Source of the DNA: a virus
Taxonomy: Duplodnaviria > Caudoviricetes
DNA: 38,492 bases
Virus record (IMG/VR): IMGVR_UViG_3300025215_000002
Coordinates: 1-38,492 of that record
Reading direction: 5' to 3' (one strand)
Shown in pieces: positions 24,972-33,176 of the stretch. How positions within the stretch are numbered: position 1 is the first letter of the stretch; each line of letters starts with the position of its first letter. The translations under genes and the position numbers were made by a program. The notes beneath the pieces are model-generated. The model was not told the DNA's origin, did not search any database, and was given only the letters and a program-made list of their open reading frames with translations.

Positions 24972-27085
24972 ATTCTGTTGCCCGCCGTTGTGGTTTGCGT
25001 CATGGCTTTGTGTATCTTACCGCGTTGGTTGATGTTGTTAACCACTATATCAATTACGCGGTTGCCTTGTGCGTCTTGGCGCTCTTCCGTGCTAACTTCT
25101 GAGTTAGTGGCGTTATTGGTTACGTTTACGTAAGTATCACCGCCAAACGATTTACCACTATTCATGGCTTCAAGCGCACCACGATTTTGTCGTGTCGCTC
25201 TTGCATTCATCACAAACTCTTGACCATGAACAACGCCCGCTACCTCTTTAGTGCCGTAGTTGCCGGTATAGCCGCCTTTTTCAAAGCCTGTTATCGCTTG
25301 ACCTGCCATGATGCCTACTGACGCATATCCCAAGCCACGAATTACTTGCGCGTATGGAGCGCCCGCTACTGGCCCCAGACCTAATGGAGGTGGAGCAAGT
25401 GCCGATACCGCTGCAAGCTCTGTTTGTATAATGGCTTGTGCGATAGCTGCGCCTTTTGCCGCCAAGAAAGCCACCTTATAAGCTGCCGATTCTTTGCCTT
25501 TTGATTGCTCAATTGTGTCGGCTATCTCTCCAAACACACTAGAAGTCAGTCCAAGTATTTGCCCTTGCACAGACCTTTCAGCATTTAGTCTCGCATCTAG
25601 CGCTTGGTTTTGAATTTGGTTGCGCTGCTCTGTGTACTGCCTTTCTAATTCCGTCAACCTTTCTTCGTAAGCAATTTTGCTGGCAATCCCTTCGTCCTGA
25701 GCCGCTAAGAGAAAATCCCTTTGCTGCGTGTAACTCTGCTCTAACTGCTGTACGCTGGTTAATCCTATTGTGCCTGAAGCGGCATTTTGCAGCGCACCCT
25801 GCCTTTGCTTTTCCTTTGCAATAATCTGGCCTAAAACAGACTCATACGCTTTCTGTTGTTCTATTTCCAACTTGGCAGACTCTGCCGCTGCCTCTTGTGC
25901 GCGTTTTAATTCGTACTTAGTTTGAATTAACTCTACCTGTCTAGGTAATAAAGCCTCTGACTCGTTTGATATTGCAGCCTGCCCTGCTGCAAATAACTCT
26001 GCTGCCTCAGCGCCGCTGGTTAAAGCTATTATTTGAGCCTGTAGCGAGGCGGTTAAGTTTCTTGACTTTTTGCTGTTATCATCAGTCTTGCCAGAGTTTT
26101 CTTCAACCGTGCCGCTTAAATCAGCAATTGCTTGGCGTAGCAGATTTATTCTATCAACACCTGTTCTTGTTGCATCGAAGAATGGGAGTAGCGCCGCGGC
26201 AAATTGGTTAAACTTGGTATTACCCGCACCAAGCTCACCCTCTAGAGTCTCTATTTCCCTGCGTAACCTAGCAATGCCTACAGGCCCTTGGTCGTTTTGA
26301 AATTCGCTTATAGCAGATGCTAAACCAATGGCTTGCTCGGTGGATATATCAAACTTGCTACCTACAAAGTCAACCGCATCAGCAAACTTTACAAGACCGT
26401 CACCGTTTAGATTCGACACTACAACGCCGCTTAAATCTTCGGCTTTTTGAGCTAGCTCTTCCATTGTTAAGCCAGATTCTAACGCTATCTTGTTAAAGTC
26501 TCTTAGCCCGATTGCCGCGAAGTCGTCAACAGCGCTTCTAATGCCTTGCGCACTTGTTGAAATCTGCCCTTCTAGCTCCGATATGGTTTGCGCAATTTGC
26601 ACTCTCGCAAGAGCCTCTGAGCGCGTTGCTAGTCGCTGTATAGATTCGCTGAATATGTCGCTACCGTCAGCCGCTTGCTCCAGCGTCTTTCCAACTGTGT
26701 CGGCTATATCCTCTAAATCGTCTAGCGCACTAGTCGCATCCTCAGATGAAAATATTAGATTGCCAAGTGAAAGAGTTATTGCACCAAGTGCAAAGGGTAG
26801 TGCATTGCCTAGCACAATACCTAAATCGGCAAGTTGGTACGAAGCGGCTTGTATGATATTTCCGCCCCCGTTAACTTGTCCGAAGAATTGTTCCAGTTGG
26901 ATGGTTGATTGTGAAACCTTGCGCGAGAATGCGGCTTGAGCCTTACCAGCCTCGTCAAGATTCTTATTCATTCTGCCAGTTGATTTTTCAACGCTAGCAC
27001 CAGAAGCACTAAGCCTATCCAAATCCTTCGTAGCAGTACGTATCTGCGAGCTATCAGCTAATAGCTCTAAACTTGCTGTTGCCAT
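24968..27085 (-). CDS. Tail tape measure protein
   Basis: Helical, Ala-rich; GF..GGYTG.YG..EVAGVVHG.EFVMNA..T motif. Confidence 0.9.
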   Translation of the reverse strand: MATASLELLADSSQIRTATKDLDRLSASGASVEKSTGRMNKNLDEAGKAQAAFSRKVSQSTIQLEQFFGQVNGGGNIIQAASYQLADLGIVLGNALPFALGAITLSLGNLIFSSEDATSALDDLEDIADTVGKTLEQAADGSDIFSESIQRLATRSEALARVQIAQTISELEGQISTSAQGIRSAVDDFAAIGLRDFNKIALESGLTMEELAQKAEDLSGVVVSNLNGDGLVKFADAVDFVGSKFDISTEQAIGLASAISEFQNDQGPVGIARLRREIETLEGELGAGNTKFNQFAAALLPFFDATRTGVDRINLLRQAIADLSGTVEENSGKTDDNSKKSRNLTASLQAQIIALTSGAEAAELFAAGQAAISNESEALLPRQVELIQTKYELKRAQEAAAESAKLEIEQQKAYESVLGQIIAKEKQRQGALQNAASGTIGLTSVQQLEQSYTQQRDFLLAAQDEGIASKIAYEERLTELERQYTEQRNQIQNQALDARLNAERSVQGQILGLTSSVFGEIADTIEQSKGKESAAYKVAFLAAKGAAIAQAIIQTELAAVSALAPPPLGLGPVAGAPYAQVIRGLGYASVGIMAGQAITGFEKGGYTGNYGTKEVAGVVHGQEFVMNARATRQNRGALEAMNSGKSFGGDTYVNVTNNATNSEVSTEERQDAQGNRVIDIVVNNINQRGKIHKAMTQTTTAGNRI

Positions 27086-27120
27086 AAATAAAGCCCTCGT
27101 TAATAGCTCACAGTATACAA

Positions 27121-27453
27121 TTAATCGGAGCGAGTATCACGGTCTAGCGCGAGCAGTAACTCAAACTCCCACGGTTTAGGCTTAACACCTATGCCATTAA
27201 AGTATGCTTGAATCTCTGTCGGCTTAACCTCGCTCCATGTTAGTGCTTTGTACCAGTTATAAATATACGCCATTTCTTCGGGGAAATCTGGCAACTCATA
27301 ATCTGGCTTAACCTTGCCACCACTCTTGCGCAATTGGCTGTAATGGTCGGCACGGCTAATCGGTTTCTTTGCTTTTGGGTCTACGGGTTGATTTAACCAC
27401 GCTTGCTTTTTGTGGTAATCCCTTAACCTCTGCCCTAAGCTAAGATAAAATTT
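27121..27453 (-). CDS. Tail assembly chaperone GT extension, read by -1 frameshift
   Basis: The -1 frame is open from the slippery site into LRKSGGKVKPDY...PWEFELLLALD. Confidence 0.75.
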   Translation of the reverse strand, partial: KFYLSLGQRLRDYHKKQAWLNQPVDPKAKKPISRADHYSQLRKSGGKVKPDYELPDFPEEMAYIYNWYKALTWSEVKPTEIQAYFNGIGVKPKPWEFELLLALDRDTRSD

Positions 27454-27788
27454 GCTGCTGAGCTAATCTCCCCGTCAATGTAGTCGATTGCTTTTTGAGG
27501 CCAAATCTTAGCAGCTTTTAACTTATTCTCCTCATTGCATTCTTCCTCGAATGACCACTCATCAATGATTAAAGTTACTAACTGCCGAGGCTCGAATTTC
27601 TGCCCTGTCACAGCCTTTCTTTGTAAATCAGTCTTCACCTGTCTGAACTTTTCAGACTCGGCGATGTGGCATTTAACCCACTCGCCCTTAAGCGGTATCA
27701 CCTTGCCTTTAATCTTATAGTCTAGCGGGAATGTAATCTTAATTAATTCGGCTGATGCCTCTGTGACGTCTAAATCTGTAAATTTCAT
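27435..27788 (-). CDS. Tail assembly chaperone (G)
   Basis: Between tail tube and TMP genes; ends ...ANF near the slippery site. Confidence 0.8.
   Translation of the reverse strand: MKFTDLDVTEASAELIKITFPLDYKIKGKVIPLKGEWVKCHIAESEKFRQVKTDLQRKAVTGQKFEPRQLVTLIIDEWSFEEECNEENKLKAAKIWPQKAIDYIDGEISSAANFILA
27447..27453 (-). other. -1 ribosomal slippery heptamer A-AAT-TTT
   Basis: X-XXY-YYZ in the correct phase. Confidence 0.75.
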
Positions 27789-27800
27789 TTCTCATCCTTT

Positions 27801-27840
27801 AACTGGTCGGATTTGTTATCCATCGTTAGTGTACTATATT
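27801..27840 (+). promoter_or_regulatory. Promoter with FadR-like box AACTGGTCGGATTTGTT (27801..27817), 17 bp, then TATATT
   Basis: 15/17 match to the recalled E. coli fabA FadR site AACTGATCGGACTTGTT. Confidence 0.75.
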
Positions 27841-27870
27841 CGGTGCTTAATTAACAAATGGGAGATAATT

Positions 27871-28053
27871 ATGAGCATTGAACAAATTCTAGAAAAAGCA
27901 TGGGAAGATTGCAGAAAAAAGGGTGTTGAGTTGAGCAGTGTAACTTTTGATACTACAACATGCTCACCTTTTAAGTCGCGCGTAAAAGAGGTTAATTTCT
28001 ACGGTCTAGCAGTGGAGTTTAATGAAAAACCCCAAAACCAGCCGGATGAGTAG
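27871..28053 (+). CDS. Moron: 60-aa hypothetical protein antisense to the tail genes
   Basis: Own promoter and GGAG RBS. Confidence 0.7.
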   Translation: MSIEQILEKAWEDCRKKGVELSSVTFDTTTCSPFKSRVKEVNFYGLAVEFNEKPQNQPDE

Positions 28054-28073
28054 CCAGTAATGGGGCGTGACTG

Positions 28074-29006
28074 TTATGCAGGGGTGCGTGTAATCACAAT
28101 GTTTGATTGCGCACCGTTGTCATATAATGCTTGCATATCTAGCGCAATGGTTACGCTACCATCACCGCTTACGTCTGGCTGGCCAGAGCCAAATTTAACG
28201 TTTGGCAGGTCAAAGGTTAGTGTATCACCTGCTTCACTCACTAGGCTAAACTGAACAGTAACCGCTTCTTCGTTTACAAACTTGTTAAGCAATGCAACCG
28301 ATTCAAAGTAAGTAGTTAGTGTGCCTGTGACGTTTGAGCGTCCAATTGTGTTACCTGCCGTAGTAGGCGAGCCAACAACAAAGCTTGGCTCAATGCCGTT
28401 TTCCAAACTTACGTCTATCTGTGTGACGATGCCTGTTGGTACGCCATCTAGTAGAATCGTGCCGCTAAACGAATCAAACGGGCAGCCGCCTTGTGTATTT
28501 GCGTAAGTCGCGCCGGCAATCATGCTGTTATCAGCGTCTTGGTCTTTACCAACAAATCCAAACGTAGTGGTCACAATCGCATTAGGCGCAACAGATACGT
28601 TAAACGTATTAGCCTCACAGCCTGTATAACGGATTCGCTCACCAATGTCAGCAAAGTTGCGTTCAATGGTAAAGCTTCTACGTGTAGTGCCTGCGGTTAA
28701 CGTGTCAGTACCAGCGCTCGGCGTATCTACCGCCCATGTGCCACACAATACAGCTTCGAGCATATCGTCAAAATCGGTGTAGCAAAGCTCGCTTGATACA
28801 TCGCCGCCAATTTGTTTGTTGCCATGGCGAAAACATGCGATTTGTCTATCATCGCGCAACTCTTCGCTTTGTAGCGTTTCTTTAGACAGTGCAAGCGTTG
28901 TTCCTGTGTGTCTAAACGGTTTAAATGATGGCGTACTAGGCGTAACACCATACGTGGATTCGGCAACGTATGCCATGCTGTGATTTGAGCCAGATGCAAA
29001 AGCCAT
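28074..29006 (-). CDS. Major tail tube protein
   Basis: ASGS.....YVAE.TYGVTP..P.F...R.TG..L.....T..S.E.R.DRQ motif. Confidence 0.9.
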   Translation of the reverse strand: MAFASGSNHSMAYVAESTYGVTPSTPSFKPFRHTGTTLALSKETLQSEELRDDRQIACFRHGNKQIGGDVSSELCYTDFDDMLEAVLCGTWAVDTPSAGTDTLTAGTTRRSFTIERNFADIGERIRYTGCEANTFNVSVAPNAIVTTTFGFVGKDQDADNSMIAGATYANTQGGCPFDSFSGTILLDGVPTGIVTQIDVSLENGIEPSFVVGSPTTAGNTIGRSNVTGTLTTYFESVALLNKFVNEEAVTVQFSLVSEAGDTLTFDLPNVKFGSGQPDVSGDGSVTIALDMQALYDNGAQSNIVITRTPA

Positions 29007-29434
29007 CAGATAACCCCTTTAATATAAGATTCGTAGTTAATGTTTATAGGCGTAAAAAACCAAGCGTTATCCGCATTTGCAGTTCCTAAGCCCACGCTAG
29101 TAATTCTAACACTCACGCCACCGCTCGACAAATAGCCGCCGCGTATGTATTGCTGATAAGTCGTTTCAATCTCATCAGCCGCCTGAAGCATTGCAATGTC
29201 ACCGCTTGATTTTGGGTAGTAAAGCGATATTTGAAACGTTCCAGTGTGTACGTCTTGCCCAGCTGCGCCCAGTGTCGATGCGCTTGGTTGATTGCGCAAT
29301 ATGAAGTAAGCCATATAAGGCTTATTTGTGGTGGGCGTATATGATTGATTCTGGAAAACCTTATCAACACCAGGCAATACCGTTGCCATTGGCGTAGTTA
29401 GTGCCTTGCGTATGTTTTCGAATTTGTTAGCCAC
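29006..29434 (-). CDS. Tail terminator / completion protein
   Basis: G.FQIS.YYP...G......AD.I...W...PI.I.Y. Confidence 0.75.
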   Translation of the reverse strand: MANKFENIRKALTTPMATVLPGVDKVFQNQSYTPTTNKPYMAYFILRNQPSASTLGAAGQDVHTGTFQISLYYPKSSGDIAMLQAADEIETTYQQYIRGGYLSSGGVSVRITSVGLGTANADNAWFFTPININYESYIKGVI

Positions 29435-29819
29435 GCGTATTCCTCGCTACAATTTGAGGCCAATCGGCTACTGTTGTCTTAATCATGCCTACGGGCGCTT
29501 GTAATGAGTAACCATCTTCTAGGCGCTCGATGTAAGGCAGGTTGTTGTATAGTAGCACTTGACCGCCTAGCTCTGACTTACTCACAGTTGCTTGCATGGC
29601 CGCTATGCTGTCACTACCGCTAGTGCTTGGGCTTCTTTCACCCTCTCCGCCGTTGTTATTGCCTAGATTGCTAAACCATGAGTTAAGCGCTGCACCTGTA
29701 TCAACTGGCGTTTTCAATATCACAGACAAAAAAGCCTCATTAACTGAGCGCCTCCAATCTTGTGTATTGATATCTTTCACCTCGTCAATGGCAAGGTTTA
29801 ACTCACGCTTAAAGCTCAC
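29427..29819 (-). CDS. Neck protein, HK97 gp10-like (GTG start 29819)
   Basis: TPVDTG....SW...NNLPYI.RLE.GYS.QAP.GM. Confidence 0.85.
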   Translation of the reverse strand: MSFKRELNLAIDEVKDINTQDWRRSVNEAFLSVILKTPVDTGAALNSWFSNLGNNNGGEGERSPSTSGSDSIAAMQATVSKSELGGQVLLYNNLPYIERLEDGYSLQAPVGMIKTTVADWPQIVARNTRG

Positions 29820-29943
29820 TAGCTGAAACCTTAAAACTAAAAACCCATCTAGGAATATCAATACCAAGAAGAACACACAGGAATGCCACTGGCTTTCCAT
29901 ACCACTTTAGCTTTATATTCATAACCAATTTGCTTTTAGCCAT
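29809..29943 (-). CDS. Small hydrophobic protein (44 aa, MAKSKLVMNIKLKWYGK...)
   Basis: Fills the gap between neck genes; overlaps the next start. Confidence 0.5.
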   Translation of the reverse strand: MAKSKLVMNIKLKWYGKPVAFLCVLLGIDIPRWVFSFKVSASEL

Positions 29944-29944
29944 G

Positions 29945-30307
29945 CTATCGCCTTAACTGCACCTTTTGATAAACCAATGTGCCGCTAACGCTTTTTGCCC
30001 CTGCCACGCTAACCGCCCTGTAAGTCTTGCCGTTTATGGTAGTAGTATCGTTAATCTCTATTTCTTCACCATCAAAATACACGTAACTATCAGACCTTAG
30101 CACTGATGTTCCGTCTATCTCTATTGTTTTGTATGGCACTGGAGGGCTTATAACGCCCTCGATTTCTCTTGATATGCTTGGCGCTTGCTCTCCTGTGGCT
30201 TGGTCAATTGCGCCACTGGCAACACGAACAAAAGAGCCTTTGCCGCCAAAAAACGAAATTATATAATCCGCCTCTTCTCTGGCTTCAGGGTAATCAAACT
30301 TAGCCAC
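29945..30307 (-). CDS. Head closure / head-tail joining protein (GTG start 30307)
   Basis: FDY...A...I..FG, EIDGT.V...D, ...Y..VQLR. Confidence 0.75.
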   Translation of the reverse strand: MAKFDYPEAREEADYIISFFGGKGSFVRVASGAIDQATGEQAPSISREIEGVISPPVPYKTIEIDGTSVLRSDSYVYFDGEEIEINDTTTINGKTYRAVSVAGAKSVSGTLVYQKVQLRR

Positions 30308-30752
30308 GCAACACGCCCCCAATGCCACCAGCGCCGCCAATAACAAACGGACTTAGTAATCGGTCTATCTTAGTCGTGCTCTCAGTGTAAGTGCGTTTAG
30401 AGCCTTCACGGTAAGTTACAGACTTGGATAAATCGCCTAGCTTACTCGACTCGCTTGTCACTTCGCGCTCTACCAATGATGCATCAGAAACAAACAACAC
30501 ACCTTGTAATTGCATCCACGCTGCTTGGCATACTGCGTTAGTGATATCAGCGGCAACTACTTGGTCGGTTGGTAACTGCATTGTTTGGTTTTCGTCTAGC
30601 TTGCTGCCTTTGAATTTGTAGTTAACGTCTATAAAATCCTCGGACACGACAAGCAAAGCCGCTTCAATTTGCAGGCTGTTATATTCAAAGTATTCAATTA
30701 ATCGAGCATTAGCCCATGACTCGAATTGCTCTAGTGTTGCGTATGCGCTCAT
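30300..30752 (-). CDS. Head-tail adaptor protein
   Basis: YAT...F..WA.AR...EAAL....DFID....FKG.K....Q....P. Confidence 0.75.
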   Translation of the reverse strand: MSAYATLEQFESWANARLIEYFEYNSLQIEAALLVVSEDFIDVNYKFKGSKLDENQTMQLPTDQVVAADITNAVCQAAWMQLQGVLFVSDASLVEREVTSESSKLGDLSKSVTYREGSKRTYTESTTKIDRLLSPFVIGGAGGIGGVLRG

Positions 30753-30754
30753 GG

Positions 30755-30913
30755 CTAGTCAGCCTTTTTCTTTGAGCGAGTCGTGCGCTTCGGCTTTTCT
30801 TCCTGCTTTTCGCTTTCTGGCTGGAATCGAGAGTCAATGATTCGATAACCCTGCTTATTTAACTCAGCCTTTCTTTCTTTGCTTACCGGGTGCTTTTCGT
30901 AATGAATCTTCAT
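30755..30913 (-). CDS. Small basic protein after the capsid gene (52 aa, MKIHYEKHPVSKERKAEL..GYRIIDSRF)
   Basis: AGGTGA RBS; clean ORF. Confidence 0.7.
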   Translation of the reverse strand: MKIHYEKHPVSKERKAELNKQGYRIIDSRFQPESEKQEEKPKRTTRSKKKAD

Positions 30914-30924
30914 AAATCACCTAT

Positions 30925-30949
30925 AAAAAATGGGGCGTATAGCCCCATT
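30925..30949 (-). terminator. Terminator after the major capsid gene
   Basis: ATGGGGC-TATAC-GCCCCAT hairpin followed by a T run. Confidence 0.8.
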
Positions 30950-30974
30950 ATAAACTTATGACAGTGAATGTCTA

Positions 30975-31943
30975 TTACTGCGCAGAGTCTGCAACAGTGA
31001 TAACACCAGCAGTATGCTTGAAGCTAGTAGCAACTTTATCCCAGTTAGAGCCAGTTGCGATAGCTGCATCACTTGGAGATTTGCCGCCGTTCGCCTCATC
31101 CCAAGTATAACCTTTAAGAGATAAGCCAAAGGTGTAATCAACCTGCATAGTGGTCTCAATGCGCTCTTTTCCGTTAGACGTTTCGATGTTACTGATTACG
31201 TCTGAACCATCAAACACAGTTGCCGCACCTTCCGCTAGTGAGAGCACCTTGTTTTTGTTTGGTGTACCAGTTTCACGCAATGATGGCGCATCAGTAACAA
31301 CAACCGCTTTACCAAGTATATCAACAACGCGAACGTTTTGAGCCTGGAACAACTGAGGCGTGTTAGTTAGGTTTGCACCTATTAACTTGTGGTAGTCTGC
31401 ACCAGTCATAATCTGAGCAACCAGGTTGCCTGAGTGGTCGCCAAACTTAGCATGAGCATCGTTCATTGCGTTGTAAGATAAGCCAGCAGTTGCAGACACA
31501 TCGTTAGTCACATCAGCCTGATTCCCAATAGCTGCAACAAGTGCCGCAATCGCAGTATTAAGCTGATCTTGCATCATTGCCTCAGCAAAGTTACGCGATG
31601 CAACTTCAATACCCTCAGCGGTTGGCTTTTGTAGCCATGTAAGCTGCGAAGGCTCAAACAGGATAGGGCCAAAACCACCAGCAACTTTTACGCCTGAGTG
31701 TTTAAGTTGAGTTAGGTCTGTCGCAGATGCCGCGCCGTTAGCTGCATAACGGTTAACGCGACGTTGCGCTGAGTGAATCGCTGCAAAGAAAGACTCTTGC
31801 AGAAAATCACCGTCAAAGCCTTGCGTGGTTAATCGGATAGAGCCATTTGATGCAGCGTTAAACTTCTGAACCATCTGGTCTAGCGTTTCGATAGTGGCAG
31901 GCATGATGTATTGGTTAAAAACCTGCATTTGTGATAGTGACAT
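30975..31943 (-). CDS. Major capsid protein
   Basis: MSLSQMQVFN...FNAAS.G.I.L...KGYTWD...GGKSP.DA..ATG.NWDK. Confidence 0.9.
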   Translation of the reverse strand: MSLSQMQVFNQYIMPATIETLDQMVQKFNAASNGSIRLTTQGFDGDFLQESFFAAIHSAQRRVNRYAANGAASATDLTQLKHSGVKVAGGFGPILFEPSQLTWLQKPTAEGIEVASRNFAEAMMQDQLNTAIAALVAAIGNQADVTNDVSATAGLSYNAMNDAHAKFGDHSGNLVAQIMTGADYHKLIGANLTNTPQLFQAQNVRVVDILGKAVVVTDAPSLRETGTPNKNKVLSLAEGAATVFDGSDVISNIETSNGKERIETTMQVDYTFGLSLKGYTWDEANGGKSPSDAAIATGSNWDKVATSFKHTAGVITVADSAQ

Positions 31944-31960
31944 AGTATTACCCTACTGTG

Positions 31961-32662
31961 TTAAAGATTAAATTTCTGTGCTATTGCAGCCGCACGCTCT
32001 CGCCGTGTGCCGCCCATGTTGGCTTTACTTGTAGCACTGCCACTTACGCCAGAACCATTCACCAAACCGCCACCATTGGTAGCAATATCGGCTTTTACCA
32101 AGCGCTTAAACTTTGCTTCTTTCTTCAACTCAGAAACAAACTCATCACGCGATACGCTCAAAGCACTGCCTTTCGCGTCTTTAAAAATCTCTGCGCCTGT
32201 ATCGGGGTCAATCTCGATACGGCTGCGTATTAAGTCGCTAATTACTTCTGCTGCATCATTATCAACAGCAATGCTCATAGCTACCTTGTCAACAATGCCG
32301 TTAGCTTTTAACTGGGCTTGTTGAGCCTTAAATTCGTTATGCGCCTCGGTCTTACCCTTTTCATAAGAGCGCCTTTCGAGGTCTGCCATCTGCTCTTGAT
32401 AGCGCTTCTCAATAGCTTCAACATCTTTGCTATTGCGCGCTTCTTCCATGGCCTTTGCTTTCTCTGCTTCGATTTCAGCCGCTTTTTGCGCTTCAAAATC
32501 CTCTAATTGCTTTGAAAGCCCTTTATATTTACCGTCTAGCTCATCCAGAGTCTGTTTTAACTTAGCATCTTTTGCAGGGATATAAACATCGCCTTGTTGT
32601 GCAAAAGCCGATTTTGCATAATCGGGTAGCTCGTCAAACTGCTCTTGTGTTAATTCACTCAT
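31961..32662 (-). CDS. Capsid scaffolding protein
   Basis: Acidic coiled coil, GGG tail, directly before the capsid gene. Confidence 0.8.
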   Translation of the reverse strand: MSELTQEQFDELPDYAKSAFAQQGDVYIPAKDAKLKQTLDELDGKYKGLSKQLEDFEAQKAAEIEAEKAKAMEEARNSKDVEAIEKRYQEQMADLERRSYEKGKTEAHNEFKAQQAQLKANGIVDKVAMSIAVDNDAAEVISDLIRSRIEIDPDTGAEIFKDAKGSALSVSRDEFVSELKKEAKFKRLVKADIATNGGGLVNGSGVSGSATSKANMGGTRRERAAAIAQKFNL

Positions 32663-32710
32663 TCGGGCACTGCCTCTCTGTTGGTTAATGCAATACTATT
32701 GCTTGTGTCA

Positions 32711-32739
32711 AGTATATTTTAACCGGTCGGGGTTGTAAA
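32711..32739 (-). promoter_or_regulatory. Promoter TTTACA-17-TATACT for scaffold/capsid, with a degenerate FadR-like box (32721..32737) over its spacer and -35
   Basis: Direct reading. Confidence 0.6.
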
Positions 32740-32746
32740 GTATAGC

Positions 32747-32787
32747 CACTGGTCGGAGTTGTTGCGGTTGTTTTTATGGTGTAGGTT
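32747..32787 (+). promoter_or_regulatory. Promoter with FadR-like box CACTGGTCGGAGTTGTT (32747..32763), 18 bp, then TAGGTT
   Basis: Shared architecture. Confidence 0.7.
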
Positions 32788-32815
32788 TATTGGAAATTAA
32801 TTAAGGAGATTGCAA

Positions 32816-32860
32816 ATGTACGAAGATGATACGCAGTTTTTCGGGGAGGATTACAAGTGA
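32816..32860 (+). CDS. 14-aa acidic peptide MYEDDTQFFGEDYK
   Basis: TAAGGAG RBS; GTGA overlap with the next ORF. Confidence 0.5.
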   Translation: MYEDDTQFFGEDYK

Positions 32861-33003
32861 AACTAAAAACCCCACAACAAGCAAAAGCGATAAAAGAGCG
32901 CGCCACCAAAATGGCAAGGGCTAGAACAAAGCGACTGAACAAGCGCCGCCTAGATGCCGATGAGCGTAAATTTTTAAATGAGTTTAGGGAGGTTTGGGAG
33001 TGA
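32857..33003 (+). CDS. 48-aa basic helical protein (MKLKTPQQAKAIKERATK...EFREVWE)
   Basis: GGAGG RBS; coupled on both sides. Confidence 0.6.
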   Translation: MKLKTPQQAKAIKERATKMARARTKRLNKRRLDADERKFLNEFREVWE

Positions 33004-33176
33004 TGGATAAAGCAAGCGAACTTATGAACATGCTAGAGATTAAAGCAAAGCTAAATAACTTTAACTACATAGATTATTGTGAAAGCCACATAGATGCCAT
33101 GAACGATCAGTTTGATAATTCATGGCAAAATGTTTACGGCTACCACCCTAAGAATCTGCCGGATTATTGGAGTTGA
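33003..33176 (+). CDS. 57-aa hypothetical protein
   Basis: TGATG coupling, GGAGG RBS; overlaps the portal 3' end. Confidence 0.6.
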   Translation: MDKASELMNMLEIKAKLNNFNYIDYCESHIDAMNDQFDNSWQNVYGYHPKNLPDYWS

